The notes: a model not told the origin generated them from the letters alone. Counted from the first letter of the stretch, positions 46,092 through 55,916 are shown. The stretch: 64,000 nucleotides of DNA from an uncultured Oscillospiraceae bacterium (GCA_964617455.1 CAZTYF010000007.1:24980-88979), one strand, 5' to 3'. Made by a program: numbers and translations.

Positions 46092-46625
46092 ATGAAAGTT
46101 TTGATAGTTATCGACATGCAAAATGACTTTATAGACGGCCCTTTGGGGACGGCGGAGGCCGAGAAAATTGTGCCGAAAGTTACGGAAAAAATACAAAACT
46201 TTGATGGAATCGTTTTGGCCACAAGGGACACCCATGGGGAAAATTACTCGGAGACTCAAGAAGGAAAAAATTTGCCCGTTGTCCATTGCATAGAGGGAAC
46301 CGAAGGACACAAAATAAGACCGGAAATCGAGCGGTTGATAAAAACCGAGCCTATAGACAAACCTACCTTCGGCAGCACAAAGCTCGCAGAAAGACTCAAA
46401 GAATTAAACTCCGAGGATACAATCGACAGCATAACTCTAATCGGAGTCTGCACCGATATCTGCGTTATTTCAAATGCTCTGCTGTTAAAAGCTTTCTTCC
46501 CGGAGATTCCCATATCGGTGGATGCGGCCTGTTGCGCCGGGGTCAGTCCCGAAAGCCACAAACAGGCCCTAAATGCCATGAAGGTCTGCCAAATAAAAAT
46601 CGAAAACGAATACGAAAACGAATAG
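46092..46625 (+). CDS. isochorismatase-family cysteine hydrolase (nicotinamidase-like)
   Basis: LIVIDMQNDF (Asp), a conserved Lys region, and GVCTDICV (catalytic Cys). Confidence 0.85.
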   Translation: MKVLIVIDMQNDFIDGPLGTAEAEKIVPKVTEKIQNFDGIVLATRDTHGENYSETQEGKNLPVVHCIEGTEGHKIRPEIERLIKTEPIDKPTFGSTKLAERLKELNSEDTIDSITLIGVCTDICVISNALLLKAFFPEIPISVDAACCAGVSPESHKQALNAMKVCQIKIENEYENE

Positions 46626-46680
46626 ATAGTTTATTGTGTTTTTAACCAATTTTTTCTCGGAAAATTTTATGAAAAATTTA

Positions 46681-46709
46681 TTGAAATTTTCTCGGTTTTT
46701 TGGTATAAT
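46681..46709 (+). promoter_or_regulatory. pfk promoter
   Basis: TTGAAA (46681-46686), 17-nt spacer, TATAAT (46704-46709). Confidence 0.6.
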
Positions 46710-46778
46710 CTTTGTATAAAATTAATAATATTACAGAAAAACAAACTGTTCATCTCATCTTCGAAAGGAGCGATTAAT

Positions 46779-48005
46779 TTGATTAAAGGAAATGTTGTAG
46801 TCGGCCAGTCCGGAGGACCTACTTCGGTTATCAACTCAAGCCTTGTGGGGGTTTTCAAAGCCGCCAAGGATGCCGGTGTTGAAAAAATTTACGGTATGCG
46901 CAACGGTATTGAGGGCTTTATGAATAAAAAGGTGATAGATCTGTCCGATTATGTTAAAAACGAGTTGGATATTGAGCTGCTCAAAAGAACCCCTTCCTCG
47001 TTTCTCGGTACCTGCCGCTTTAAGCTGCCCAGTGTTGAGGAGAGCGAGTCCACTTACAGCCTTCTGTTTAACAATATGAACGAGCTCAATATCAAATACT
47101 TCTTCTACATCGGCGGAAACGACTCTATGGATACCATTAAAAAGCTCTCGAGTTATGCAAAGGAAATAGGCAGCGATATCAGATTTATGGGCGTTCCCAA
47201 AACCATAGATAATGACTTGGCGGTGACGGACCACACGCCGGGCTATGGCAGTGCGGCAAAATACATAGGCTCTGCCATGAAGGAAATTATTCGGGACGTT
47301 AACACCTATCCCACGGAGTCCGTAACAATCGTTGAAATTATGGGCAGAAATGCCGGTTGGCTCACTGCCGCAGCCGCTCTTTCAAAAGCGGAGGATTGCT
47401 GCGGACCGGATCTTATCTATCTGCCGGAGGTTGTTTTTGACTATGACAAATTCATCTCGAAAATAAAAGAGGTGAAAGAAAATAAAACGGCGGTTGTTGT
47501 GGCCGTTTCCGAGGGAATCAAATTGGCCAACGGGAAATATGTATGCGAGGACAATAAGCAGGCTACTTTTGAGGATTCCTTCGGCCACAAATCTCTTGGC
47601 GGCACGGCTCTATATTTGGCAGACTTGGTGGGAGCAAGGCTCGGAATCAAATCAAGAGGTATAGTTTTCAGCACCCTTCAGCGCTGCGCCTCTCACATTG
47701 TTTCCAGACGAGACATCACCGAGGCCTTTATGGCAGGCAGCGAGGCTGCCCAGGCTGCTTTTAACGGTGAGACGGGCAAGATGATAATCTTCACCAGAAC
47801 CTCCAATGAACCCTACAATATAACCACCTCCACCTATGATGTTGACAAAATTGCAAATGTGGAAAAATTGGTTCCGGATGAATGGATAATAAACGACGGT
47901 ACCTATGTATCCGACGAATTTATCGCTTATTGCCGTCCCCTTATCATCGGAGAACTTATTCCCTTTATGGTCGACGGCCTTCCGAGACATCTCTATCTTG
48001 ATTAA
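46779..48005 (+). CDS. pfk: 6-phosphofructokinase (long, likely PPi-dependent type)
   Basis: TTG start 9 nt after AAAGGAG. VVGQSGGPTSVINSS, IGGNDSMDT, VPKTIDND, TPGYGSAA and IMGRNAGWL. The phosphoryl-donor specificity cannot be decided from the sequence alone. Confidence 0.88.
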   Translation: MIKGNVVVGQSGGPTSVINSSLVGVFKAAKDAGVEKIYGMRNGIEGFMNKKVIDLSDYVKNELDIELLKRTPSSFLGTCRFKLPSVEESESTYSLLFNNMNELNIKYFFYIGGNDSMDTIKKLSSYAKEIGSDIRFMGVPKTIDNDLAVTDHTPGYGSAAKYIGSAMKEIIRDVNTYPTESVTIVEIMGRNAGWLTAAAALSKAEDCCGPDLIYLPEVVFDYDKFISKIKEVKENKTAVVVAVSEGIKLANGKYVCEDNKQATFEDSFGHKSLGGTALYLADLVGARLGIKSRGIVFSTLQRCASHIVSRRDITEAFMAGSEAAQAAFNGETGKMIIFTRTSNEPYNITTSTYDVDKIANVEKLVPDEWIINDGTYVSDEFIAYCRPLIIGELIPFMVDGLPRHLYLD

Positions 48006-48028
48006 AATTTATTTCGACAGATCGAAAA

Positions 48029-48059
48029 ACAGAGCCTCCCAGGAGAGGCTCTGTTTTGT
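48029..48059. terminator. bidirectional terminator between pfk and tRNA-Arg
   Basis: ACAGAGCCTC-CCAGGA-GAGGCTCTGT followed by TTTGT, preceded by AAAAA. Confidence 0.7.
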
Positions 48060-48061
48060 AT

Positions 48062-48138
48062 TGGCGCGCCCGGAGGGATTCGAACCCCCGACCTAACGGT
48101 TCGTAGCCGTCCACTCTATCCAGCTGGGCTACGGGCGC
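48062..48138 (-). tRNA. tRNA-Arg (anticodon ACG), CCA encoded
   Basis: The reverse complement reads GCGCCCGTAGCCCAGCTGGATAGAG...GGCTACGAACC...GGTTCGAATCCCTCCGGGCGCGCCA. Confidence 0.95.
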
Positions 48139-48268
48139 ATTTTTACGCAGCTTTGTTATTATATCATTATTTTCGAATTAAATCAAGCGGAATTTATTAC
48201 AATTCCTTTTTATAAAATTCACAATTTTTTATCTAATATTAATCTTTTGTTCATTGATTTTTAACAAT

Positions 48269-48284
48269 GATATGATATCATATC
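48269..48284. promoter_or_regulatory. perfect 16-bp palindrome (candidate operator) upstream of the 48355 ORF/queH
   Basis: GATATGATATCATATC equals its own reverse complement. It sits immediately upstream of a TATAAAAT -10-like element. Confidence 0.4.
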
Positions 48285-48354
48285 GGTATAAAATAAAAGT
48301 AAATCTTTTTACTTTAAAAGGTGACAGAAAAATACGAAAAAGAGGTGAAATTTT

Positions 48355-48630
48355 ATGGTTTATGATGTTGAAAGCGGCAATATTACAAAACTCTTGTCTG
48401 TCCTCACGGGACAGCGGGAGGAGGATGTGGAAAAATTGCTTCTGAACGGAATGACTCCGGCCCGGGTCGCCGACCGGTTTGGAAAACTCGATGAGTTTAA
48501 AACATTTTTCAAAGTCAATATTATGTCAAAACTTAAGGCTTTGATTGACCGAAAAGAAATTACCGTTGATGAAGCGTATGAATTTTATAAAAGATTATCG
48601 GATGAAAAATTTTCCCTTGTAAATAAATAA
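48355..48630 (+). CDS. hypothetical 91-aa helical protein
   Basis: AGAGGTG ribosome-binding site 8 nt upstream of the ATG. Only 11 nt separate it from queH, so the two are likely co-transcribed. No family recognised. Confidence 0.6.
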   Translation: MVYDVESGNITKLLSVLTGQREEDVEKLLLNGMTPARVADRFGKLDEFKTFFKVNIMSKLKALIDRKEITVDEAYEFYKRLSDEKFSLVNK

Positions 48631-48641
48631 GAGGTATAGAA

Positions 48642-49244
48642 TTGAACAAAATCAACTATCAAAAAGAACTTGAAAAAATACTCAGAGAAAACAAAAGCGG
48701 AGATTCCCTTCTGCTTCATAGCTGCTGCGCTCCCTGCAGCAGCTATGTTTTGAGTTATCTCTGCAACTTCTTTAAAATTACCGTATTTTATTATAATCCA
48801 AACATCGGTGATAATAAAGAATATCAAAAGCGTAAATCTGAACAAATAAGACTCCTCCCACTCCTTTCTTCAAAATATCCCATCGATTTTCTGGATTGTG
48901 AATATAATCCGGAGGAATTTTATATGGCAACCAAAGGCTATGAAACATGTCCCGAGGGGGGAGAGAGGTGTTTTATTTGCTACAAATTACGTCTTGAAAA
49001 AACCGCCAAAATTGCAAAAGAGAAAAATTTCGACCTTTTTTGCACCACTTTATCCGTAAGTCCATATAAAAACTCCCAAAAAATAAATGAAATCGGTTTG
49101 GAGCTTTCCAAAAAATACGGAGTTCCCTTTCTTCCCTCGGATTTTAAGAAAAAAGAGGGTTACAAGCAATCTATTTTACTCTCGAAAAAATTCAATCTTT
49201 ACAGGCAAAACTATTGCGGCTGTGAATATTCAAAAAGAGAATAA
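48642..49244 (+). CDS. queH: epoxyqueuosine reductase QueH (DUF208)
   Basis: LLLHSCCAPCSSYV, FYYNPNI, CFICYKLRLEKTA, TLSVSPYKN and YRQNYCGCEYS are the conserved QueH Cys pattern. TTG start. Confidence 0.85.
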   Translation: MNKINYQKELEKILRENKSGDSLLLHSCCAPCSSYVLSYLCNFFKITVFYYNPNIGDNKEYQKRKSEQIRLLPLLSSKYPIDFLDCEYNPEEFYMATKGYETCPEGGERCFICYKLRLEKTAKIAKEKNFDLFCTTLSVSPYKNSQKINEIGLELSKKYGVPFLPSDFKKKEGYKQSILLSKKFNLYRQNYCGCEYSKRE

Positions 49245-49273
49245 AGGCAAACACCGATATTCTCTTTTTTGTT

Positions 49274-50545
49274 TTATTTTATTACCGTTTCTCCACCCAT
49301 ATAAGGAATCAAAACTTCGGGTATGGTGACGCTTCCGTCTTCATTTTGATAATTTTCCAAAATCGCCGCCGTTGTTCTGCCTATAGCAACTCCGCTGCCG
49401 TTTAATGTGTGGACAAATTGAGCTTTTTCCTTTGGTGAATTTTTATATTTTATATTGGCTCTTCGAGCTTGGAAATCCAAACAATTTGAGCAGGAGGAAA
49501 TTTCCACATATCTTCCGTAGCTGGGCATCCATACTTCTATATCATATGTCTTAGCCGAAGAAAATCCCATATCTCCCGTTGAAAGACATACAACCCTGTA
49601 GGGAAGTTTCAAACCCTGCAGCACCTTTTCAGCCTCTTTTGTCATTTCTTCCAATTCGTCAAAGGACGTTTCCGGCTTTGAAAACTTCACCAATTCCACT
49701 TTATTGAATTGATGTTGACGGATAAGTCCTCTCGTATCCCTTCCGGCACTGCCTGCCTCGGCTCTGAAACATGCGGTATATGCGCAATACTTAAGGGGCA
49801 GCTTTTCTCCGTCGATTATCTCATCCCTATACATATTGGTCACCGGTACTTCTGCCGTGGGAACCAAAAAATAATCACTGTTTAGGACTTTAAATGCGTC
49901 TTCCTCAAACTTGGGCAACTGACCCGTGCCTATCATACTGTTTCTGTGAACCATAAACGGTGTAAAAACTTCTTCATATCCGTTTTTTCCGTGAGTATCA
50001 AGATAGTAGTTAATAATAGCCCTTTCAAGTTTGGCACCCATTCCCTTATACACGTGAAATCTTGCCCCGGTTATTTTGGCTGCCGTTTCCGGGTCAAGAA
50101 TTCCGAGGGCTTTTCCCAATTCCCAATGGGCTTTGGGCTCAAATTCAAACTTTCGCGGCAATGAATATTTTCTCACTTCTTCGTTTTGTTCATCACTCTC
50201 TCCGATGGGAACACTTTCATCCGGAATATTCGGTATAGTGAGCATAACCTTTTTTATTTTCTCATCAATTTCTCTGACTTTTTCATCATCTTTTTTTATC
50301 GTATCGGATAATTCTCTCATTCTTTTAAATATTTCGGTTGTGTCTTTTCCCTCTTTTTTATAAACGGGAATTTTTTTGGACACAGAATTTTGTTCCGCTT
50401 TTTTTTGTTCCACATTATATAACAAAGCTCTTCTTTCGCTGTCAAGAGCAAGCAGTCCGTCTATATCAATATCGGTTGAATTCCTGTTTTTTAAGGCTTC
50501 CTTTACTTTTTCGGTCTCATTCCTTATTATTTTTATATCAATCAT
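49274..50545 (-). CDS. serS: serine--tRNA ligase
   Basis: [10 protein letters not shown]..., a coiled-coil N-arm, and class-II motifs ([30 protein letters not shown]). Confidence 0.97.
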   Translation of the reverse strand: MIDIKIIRNETEKVKEALKNRNSTDIDIDGLLALDSERRALLYNVEQKKAEQNSVSKKIPVYKKEGKDTTEIFKRMRELSDTIKKDDEKVREIDEKIKKVMLTIPNIPDESVPIGESDEQNEEVRKYSLPRKFEFEPKAHWELGKALGILDPETAAKITGARFHVYKGMGAKLERAIINYYLDTHGKNGYEEVFTPFMVHRNSMIGTGQLPKFEEDAFKVLNSDYFLVPTAEVPVTNMYRDEIIDGEKLPLKYCAYTACFRAEAGSAGRDTRGLIRQHQFNKVELVKFSKPETSFDELEEMTKEAEKVLQGLKLPYRVVCLSTGDMGFSSAKTYDIEVWMPSYGRYVEISSCSNCLDFQARRANIKYKNSPKEKAQFVHTLNGSGVAIGRTTAAILENYQNEDGSVTIPEVLIPYMGGETVIK

Positions 50546-50578
50546 TTCATTCTCCTTATATTATTTTTAGAATTTCTA

Positions 50579-51016
50579 TTAATCTATATTTAATATTTCG
50601 CATAAAGCCGAATAATATGCATTTGCAGTTTCATCAAAATTGCTTTTATCCATATTTTTTAATTTGGATATTGCTTCTTCATCTTTTCCCTCTTCCATCA
50701 AATTCCATACTTCTGTCATTTGTTTATAATTATTTATAACGGCCTCATTTGCCGATATTTTTGCTTCATCTTCCTCTATTTTTTTATTCAAATTGTAATT
50801 TTCATCTTTTAGATTTACTACCTCGTTTTGAATCGTTTCATTTGCTCTTTGAGTTTCATTTATTTTAGTGTCCAATTCGTTTTCCCTGTTATCGGCCATG
50901 GCGGCGAATAAAATGATTATAATGACACTTATTATCATTATTACCCCATAAGTTAATATATTTTTATTTTTATCTCCTTTTTTCTTCTCATTTTTTTCTT
51001 TTTGATCTTCGCTCAT
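50579..51016 (-). CDS. hypothetical membrane-anchored coiled-coil protein
   Basis: Lys-rich N-terminus, one transmembrane segment (ILTYGVIMIISVIIIILFAAM), then a coiled-coil. Sits between parB and serS. Confidence 0.6.
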   Translation of the reverse strand: MSEDQKEKNEKKKGDKNKNILTYGVIMIISVIIIILFAAMADNRENELDTKINETQRANETIQNEVVNLKDENYNLNKKIEEDEAKISANEAVINNYKQMTEVWNLMEEGKDEEAISKLKNMDKSNFDETANAYYSALCEILNID

Positions 51017-51060
51017 TTTTCATCATCTCATTTCCCTGTAGACTATATACATTCGCGGTC

Positions 51061-51963
51061 TTATACTTTTAATTCAAATAATATTCTCTCAAAATCTTCT
51101 TTTGAATAATATTCTATCTCTATTCTTCCTTTGCCGGCGCTCTCTTTTATTTTTACTTTAGTTCCGAATTTGGATCCCAAAGATGATTCCACATCTTCAT
51201 AATATTTTTTCATCACTCCGCCGGGTTTATTTTCCTTTTTCTTGGGTTTATTTTTTTTGAGTTCGGACACCAATTTTTCAACCTGTCTCACATTCAACTT
51301 TTTTTCGATAACAATATCCGCAATTTCTTTTTGTTTTAAAGGATCCTCTATCGCAAGGAGTGCTCTTCCGTGGCCCTGACTCAATTTTTCTTCTATCAAA
51401 TATTTTTTTACTTCATCACACAGATTATTAAGTCTCAGAGAATTTGCGACGGCGCTTCGACTCTTTCCGACTTTTTCCGCAACTTCCTCTTGGGTCAAAT
51501 CAAATGTATCCATAAGATTTTTATATCCTTCCGCCTCTTCTATGGGATTGAGATTTTCCCTTTGCAGATTCTCAATCAATGCAACTTCCATCGCTGCGGA
51601 ATTTTCAAGATTTTTAATAATACATGGGATTTCTTTAAGTCCCGCCATTTTTGCAGCTCTCCATCTTCTCTCTCCGGCCACAATCATATAGGTGGAATTT
51701 TCTGTCTTTTTGACTATGATAGGCTGAACAATTCCGTAATTTTTTATGGAATCGCTCAATACCTCTAACTTTTCCTTGTCAAAATTTTTTCGGGGTTGAT
51801 TTTTGTTGGGTTCTATATCCCTGATTTTTATATTTATAATACTGTTTTCATCAATTTCTTCATTTAAACTTTTGAATATATCTATATTTTCTTCATTTTC
51901 ATCAAGACTCATATCCGAAAACAGTGCACCTATACCCTTTCCCATTACTTTTCTTGAAGGCAT
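51061..51963 (-). CDS. parB: chromosome partitioning protein ParB/Spo0J
   Basis: NPNQPRKNFD, GIVQPIIV, VAGERRWRAAK and the HTH LTQEEVAEKVGKSRSAVANSLRLL-like segment. Confidence 0.93.
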   Translation of the reverse strand: MPSRKVMGKGIGALFSDMSLDENEENIDIFKSLNEEIDENSIINIKIRDIEPNKNQPRKNFDKEKLEVLSDSIKNYGIVQPIIVKKTENSTYMIVAGERRWRAAKMAGLKEIPCIIKNLENSAAMEVALIENLQRENLNPIEEAEGYKNLMDTFDLTQEEVAEKVGKSRSAVANSLRLNNLCDEVKKYLIEEKLSQGHGRALLAIEDPLKQKEIADIVIEKKLNVRQVEKLVSELKKNKPKKKENKPGGVMKKYYEDVESSLGSKFGTKVKIKESAGKGRIEIEYYSKEDFERILFELKV

Positions 51964-52015
51964 TTTGTCACTCCTTATTCTATTTTCTGTTTATTAAATT
52001 GTTTCACGTAAAACA

Positions 52016-52780
52016 TTATCTGTTATTTTTTATTATTTCATTTGCCAAATCCATATAACTTTTTGCGCCGGTGGAATTTTTTTCATATTTAATCACAGGC
52101 ATCCCAAAGCTGGGTGCTTCCGAAAGTCTCACATTTCGAGGTATAACCGTCTTAAAAACAGTTGATGAAAAATACTTTCTCACTTCATCAACCACTTGGA
52201 TTGCAAGATTTGTTCTCTTGTCAAACATAGTCAGGAGAACTCCTTCTATTTTCAATTGTTTATTGATGGTTCTTTTTACGGTTTTTATGGTTTTTGTCAG
52301 TTGGGAGAGACCTTCCAAAGCATAATATTCGCACTGTATCGGCATAATAACACTGTCGCAGGCCGCAAAAGCATTTAATGTAATAAGGCCCAAGGAGGGG
52401 GGGCAGTCAAGAATTATAAAATCGAAATCTTCTTTGACATCCCCTATCTTATCCTTCAATCTGAATTCTCTTCTTTCCCTGTTTGCAAGCTCTATATCCG
52501 CCCCGGCTAAGTTCTTGTCTCCGGGAATCAGAAAAAGATTTTTATATTCGGTTTTTATTATCGTTTTCTTTATATCTTCATCATTCACAATAAAATCATA
52601 ACTTGAATACTCATAATCCTTGCTTTCTATTCCAAGTCCGCTTGTGGCATTGTATTGAGGATCCAAATCAACCAGCAGAACCTTTTTATTTTTTTCTCCC
52701 AAACATGCACATAAATTGATTGCCGTGGTGGTTTTTCCCACTCCGCCTTTTTGATTTGCTATTGCTATAATTTTGCCCAT
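52016..52780 (-). CDS. parA: chromosome partitioning ATPase ParA/Soj
   Basis: Deviant Walker A IAIANQKGGVGKTTT, plus VDLDPQ and ILDCPPSLG. Confidence 0.95.
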   Translation of the reverse strand: MGKIIAIANQKGGVGKTTTAINLCACLGEKNKKVLLVDLDPQYNATSGLGIESKDYEYSSYDFIVNDEDIKKTIIKTEYKNLFLIPGDKNLAGADIELANRERREFRLKDKIGDVKEDFDFIILDCPPSLGLITLNAFAACDSVIMPIQCEYYALEGLSQLTKTIKTVKRTINKQLKIEGVLLTMFDKRTNLAIQVVDEVRKYFSSTVFKTVIPRNVRLSEAPSFGMPVIKYEKNSTGAKSYMDLANEIIKNNR

Positions 52781-52865
52781 ACCGGTGTTTCACCTCTTTT
52801 ATAAAGACATTATATCATATTGATTATATATTTCAATAGTTTTTTTATTTGTTTCATATGAAACA

Positions 52866-53456
52866 TTAATTTTCTAAATAATTCGAGAACTTTTCCAATG
52901 CCTTATATCTGTGGCTGATGCTGTTTTTCAATTCCTCTCCCATTTCCGCAAGAGTCATATCAAATTTTTCATAATAAAATACCGGGTCATATCCGAATCC
53001 GGATTTTCCTTTTTGGGACTCTGTTATATATCCCTCACATTCTCCCCTAAAAAATTTCACATCTTTCGGTGAATTTTCCACCATAGCAATTACACATACG
53101 AATTTTGCTTTTCTCTTCTCAAAAGAAACATCTTTCAGTTCATTCAGTAACTTATTTATATTTTCCTCATTTGTGGCATTTTCTCCGGCAAATCTCGCGG
53201 TATGAACTCCGGGCATCCCATTAAGATAATCCACACATAATCCGCTGTCGTCGGCAATAACGGGTATATTTAATTTTTCAAACACAGCTATGGCTTTTTT
53301 TGCGGCATTTTCCTTAAAAGTATTTCCGTCCTCGATAATTTCAAAATCATTAAGGCCCATCTCATCCATTGTTTTTATATCATATTCATTTCCGAGGATT
53401 TTTTTTATTTCCATAGCTTTATGTTTATTTTTGCTTGCCAAAACAAAGGTTTTCAT
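52866..53456 (-). CDS. rdgB: XTP/dITP diphosphatase (RdgB/HAM1 family)
   Basis: LASKNKHKAMEI, EDGNTFKENA, DDSGLCVDYLNGMPGVH.AR and FGYDPVF. Confidence 0.92.
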   Translation of the reverse strand: MKTFVLASKNKHKAMEIKKILGNEYDIKTMDEMGLNDFEIIEDGNTFKENAAKKAIAVFEKLNIPVIADDSGLCVDYLNGMPGVHTARFAGENATNEENINKLLNELKDVSFEKRKAKFVCVIAMVENSPKDVKFFRGECEGYITESQKGKSGFGYDPVFYYEKFDMTLAEMGEELKNSISHRYKALEKFSNYLEN

Positions 53457-53473
53457 TTTTTCTCCTTTCTGAT

Positions 53474-54337
53474 TTAATCAAACAAATAGTTTGACAGTTC
53501 CGCCATTTGACTTACGGTCAGCTTTTCTCCTCTTATTTTTTTATCAAGTCCCATTTTTTTCAAAATTTCCTCCGTTTCCGTTTTGGATAATTTTATAAAA
53601 GGACTGCCCGACAGAGAATTTGCCAATGTTTTCCTTCTTTGGGAAAAAATCGATTTCACGGTTTTATTAAAATTGTTCATATCTTTTATGGGATATTTCT
53701 TTTTTTCCGAAATATCAATTTTAAGAACCTCGGAACTCACTTTCGGCCGAGGGACAAAGCAGTCGGGAGGCACGGTGCATATAGGTGTTACATCTGCTCT
53801 CACATTCACCGCTACGGTTAGAGCGCCGTAATTTTTGGTTCCGGGTGATGCCATAATCCTGTCTGCCACTTCCTTTTGAACGGTGATTATCATAGATCTG
53901 AGCCTTAAGTCACTTTCAAGGAATTTCATTATTATAGGTGTGGTTATATAATAGGGAAGATTTGCAACCATAATGAATTCCTCATCACCGAAGTAATCAA
54001 CGGTCATTTCTCCCAAATTTATTTTCAATATATCGTTATTTATAATATAAAAATTTTTAAATTCATTTAAATTATATTTAATAATATCTATAAGGTTTTT
54101 ATCTATTTCCACTGAGACAACTTTTTTAGAGATTTTACATAGCTCATAACTAAGGGTTCCTGCGCCGGGACCTATTTCCAAGACATTTGTATCACTTCTT
54201 ATATTTGAATTATCGATTATTTTATTCAAAATATTCTTATCCGTTAAAAAGTTCTGACCCAAACTTTTTGAAAAATTAAAATCGAATTTTTCAAGGACCT
54301 CCATAAGCTCCGATTTGTTATAAAGTTTTTTATCCAT
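53474..54337 (-). CDS. rsmA: 16S rRNA (adenine1518/1519-N6)-dimethyltransferase
   Basis: SKSLGQNFL, VLEIGPGAGTLS, VANLPYYITTPI and FVPRPKVSS. Confidence 0.95.
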   Translation of the reverse strand: MDKKLYNKSELMEVLEKFDFNFSKSLGQNFLTDKNILNKIIDNSNIRSDTNVLEIGPGAGTLSYELCKISKKVVSVEIDKNLIDIIKYNLNEFKNFYIINNDILKINLGEMTVDYFGDEEFIMVANLPYYITTPIIMKFLESDLRLRSMIITVQKEVADRIMASPGTKNYGALTVAVNVRADVTPICTVPPDCFVPRPKVSSEVLKIDISEKKKYPIKDMNNFNKTVKSIFSQRRKTLANSLSGSPFIKLSKTETEEILKKMGLDKKIRGEKLTVSQMAELSNYLFD

Positions 54338-54840
54338 AATTATACCTCATAGTATTTATTATCGGGATTATATCACATAACAGATTCCTATTCAAGCCCC
54401 CAAAAAATATAACATTACATCCTCGCCTTCTATTGCAATCACATAGTCCATAACAATAACAATATCAACAGCATCGGAAGAAAAGTATTAAAAATATAAA
54501 AGAGTATGGCAGTGTAAAAGAAAAAATTATATATAATATATTATATATATTAATATTATGAGTTGTTGATGCAGTTGAAGAGGCGGTGGAAAATGTATAA
54601 AAGATAATTGACATAAGAAAATAACCTATTTTTAGGAGGTTTATAAAATGTTTGTTAAGTATTTTTAATATTCCCATTTTAAATAGTTAAGATAGGAAAA
54701 TCCGGTTTTCCACAAAATACAAACGGTTTATAAACATCAACAATGTGAATATTAAAAAACCTTGGATGCGAATCCATATATCTTTTATAAGGAAGAGATT
54801 GGGAATTATCAACAAAAAATTAAAAACTTTGTCAAAATGC

Positions 54841-54869
54841 TTGCTTTTTACCGTTATATGTGATATAAT
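54841..54869 (+). promoter_or_regulatory. tRNA-Leu promoter
   Basis: TTGCTT (54841-54846), 17-nt spacer, TATAAT (54864-54869). Confidence 0.6.
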
Positions 54870-54892
54870 CCGATTGTTGTTAAAAAGAAAAT

Positions 54893-54979
54893 GCCGGTGT
54901 GGTGGAATTGGCAGACGCGCTGGACTCAAAATCCTGTGGTAGAAATACCGTATCGGTTCGACCCCGATCACCGGCACCA
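54893..54979 (+). tRNA. tRNA-Leu (anticodon CAA), long variable arm, CCA encoded
   Basis: GCCGGTGTGGTGGAATTGGCAGACGCGCTGGACTCAAAATCC...variable arm...GGTTCGACCCCGATCACCGGCACCA. Confidence 0.95.
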
Positions 54980-54990
54980 TATTTTTTTCG

Positions 54991-55026
54991 AAAAAGAAGG
55001 CCCGAATATGTGTGGCCTTCTTTTTC
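54991..55026. terminator. bidirectional terminator (tRNA-Leu / zinc-ribbon gene)
   Basis: AAAAAGAAGGCC...GGCCTTCTTTTT: a 7-bp GC core flanked by an A-run and a T-run. Confidence 0.7.
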
Positions 55027-55060
55027 ACCGGTACTTTGTTTATTTTCTTTAAATTTCGCC

Positions 55061-55435
55061 CTACCACTCGTTTCTGCATTTCGGACAAACCCTCTTTGCA
55101 GTATATCCCTGTGAGGTGTTTTTGGGGACACGAAATTTGGTCTTGCAAACCGGACAGGTGTAGTAATTGTAATTTTTTCGGTCCCGATTGAAAAATTCTT
55201 TTATATTTTCGGACATATTGATAAAAAACCGATTCTCTTTGGAACGGGCATATTCTTTCTTTGAGAGAAATCTCAATATAAAAAAAAGATAAAATACAAA
55301 GGAGAGGCGAATGAGCCAAACCATCCAAAAAATATTTCCCAAAATCGAAAGAACCGTGCCTATAATAAGCAGAGCTATGCCTAACTTGTCAAACCCGTAG
55401 CGTCCTTCCATAAAGTTTTTGAACTTTTCAAACAT
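55061..55435 (-). CDS. hypothetical membrane protein with C-terminal zinc ribbon
   Basis: Two transmembrane segments followed by CPVC...(x15)...CPKC. Confidence 0.6.
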   Translation of the reverse strand: MFEKFKNFMEGRYGFDKLGIALLIIGTVLSILGNIFWMVWLIRLSFVFYLFFILRFLSKKEYARSKENRFFINMSENIKEFFNRDRKNYNYYTCPVCKTKFRVPKNTSQGYTAKRVCPKCRNEW

Positions 55436-55570
55436 ACAATCACTTCCCTTATAATCTTTAATTTTTTGAGTGAATTTTAGTGTTATTTAAAGATTAAACC
55501 CCACCTTCATCAAAAAAAGCGGGGTTTATATAAAATGCCTCATGGCCGAAAATAATAAATCGGCCCAATT

Positions 55571-55645
55571 TGGTGATCCGTAGGGGACTCGAACCCCTGT
55601 TACCGCCGTGAAAGGGCGATGTCTTAGCCTCTTGACCAACGGACC
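55571..55645 (-). tRNA. tRNA-Glu (anticodon UUC), CCA encoded
   Basis: The reverse complement reads GGTCCGTTGGTCAAGAGGCTAAGACATCGCCCTTTCACGGCG...GGTTCGAGTCCCCTACGGATCACCA. Confidence 0.93.
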
Positions 55646-55798
55646 GGATTCATAACTTGTCATATTATAACATAACCGTATTTATGTGTCAAGGAAAAAT
55701 TTCGCTAAATTTTCGGAAGCTTAAAATTTCGGAATTTTGGCGGATTTTATAAAATATTATGAAAAAAGCCCAAATGAAAATCTTTTCCATTCGGGCTT

Positions 55799-55875
55799 TG
55801 GTCGGGGTTACAGGATTTGAACCTGCGGCCCCTTGGTCCCAAACCAAGTGCGCTACCAAACTGCGCCAAACCCCG
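55799..55875 (-). tRNA. tRNA-Pro (anticodon UGG), CCA encoded
   Basis: The reverse complement reads CGGGGTTTGGCGCAGTTTGGTAGCGCACTTGGTTTGGGACCAAGGGG.CGCAGGTTCAAATCCTGTAACCCCGACCA. Confidence 0.93.
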
Positions 55876-55887
55876 AAATTCCCAACC

Positions 55888-55916
55888 ATTATAAACCCAT
55901 TTTTTTATTTTGTCAA
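55888..55916 (-). promoter_or_regulatory. promoter of the tRNA-Pro/tRNA-Glu unit
   Basis: On the minus strand, consensus TTGACA (55916-55911), 17-nt spacer, consensus TATAAT (55893-55888). It lies 12 nt upstream of the tRNA-Pro 5' end. Confidence 0.65.

Noticed and set aside
48285-48354. A preQ1 riboswitch upstream of the queH unit.
   Set aside because: There is no GGTTC...ACCC...TAAAAAACTA-type pseudoknot core. The region is just the promoter plus RBS.
50546-50578. A T-box leader upstream of serS.
   Set aside because: Only 33 nt separate serS from the upstream ORF, so there is no room for a T-box. serS appears to be co-transcribed with it.
54465-54677. A 70-aa hydrophobic ORF on the minus strand, ending in CC.
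   Set aside because: It has no SD. Its composition is driven by the AT-rich sequence (Ile/Phe/Asn/Tyr runs), and it overlaps the region of the better-supported SD/mini-ORF on the other strand.
54338-54892. An AT-rich 550-nt gap near parAB with two near-consensus DnaA boxes (TTTTCCACA at 54706, TTATCAACA at 54806), considered as a possible oriC.
   Set aside because: There are only two one-mismatch boxes in very AT-rich DNA. No dnaA or dnaN gene is nearby and there is no box cluster. Chance occurrence is plausible.
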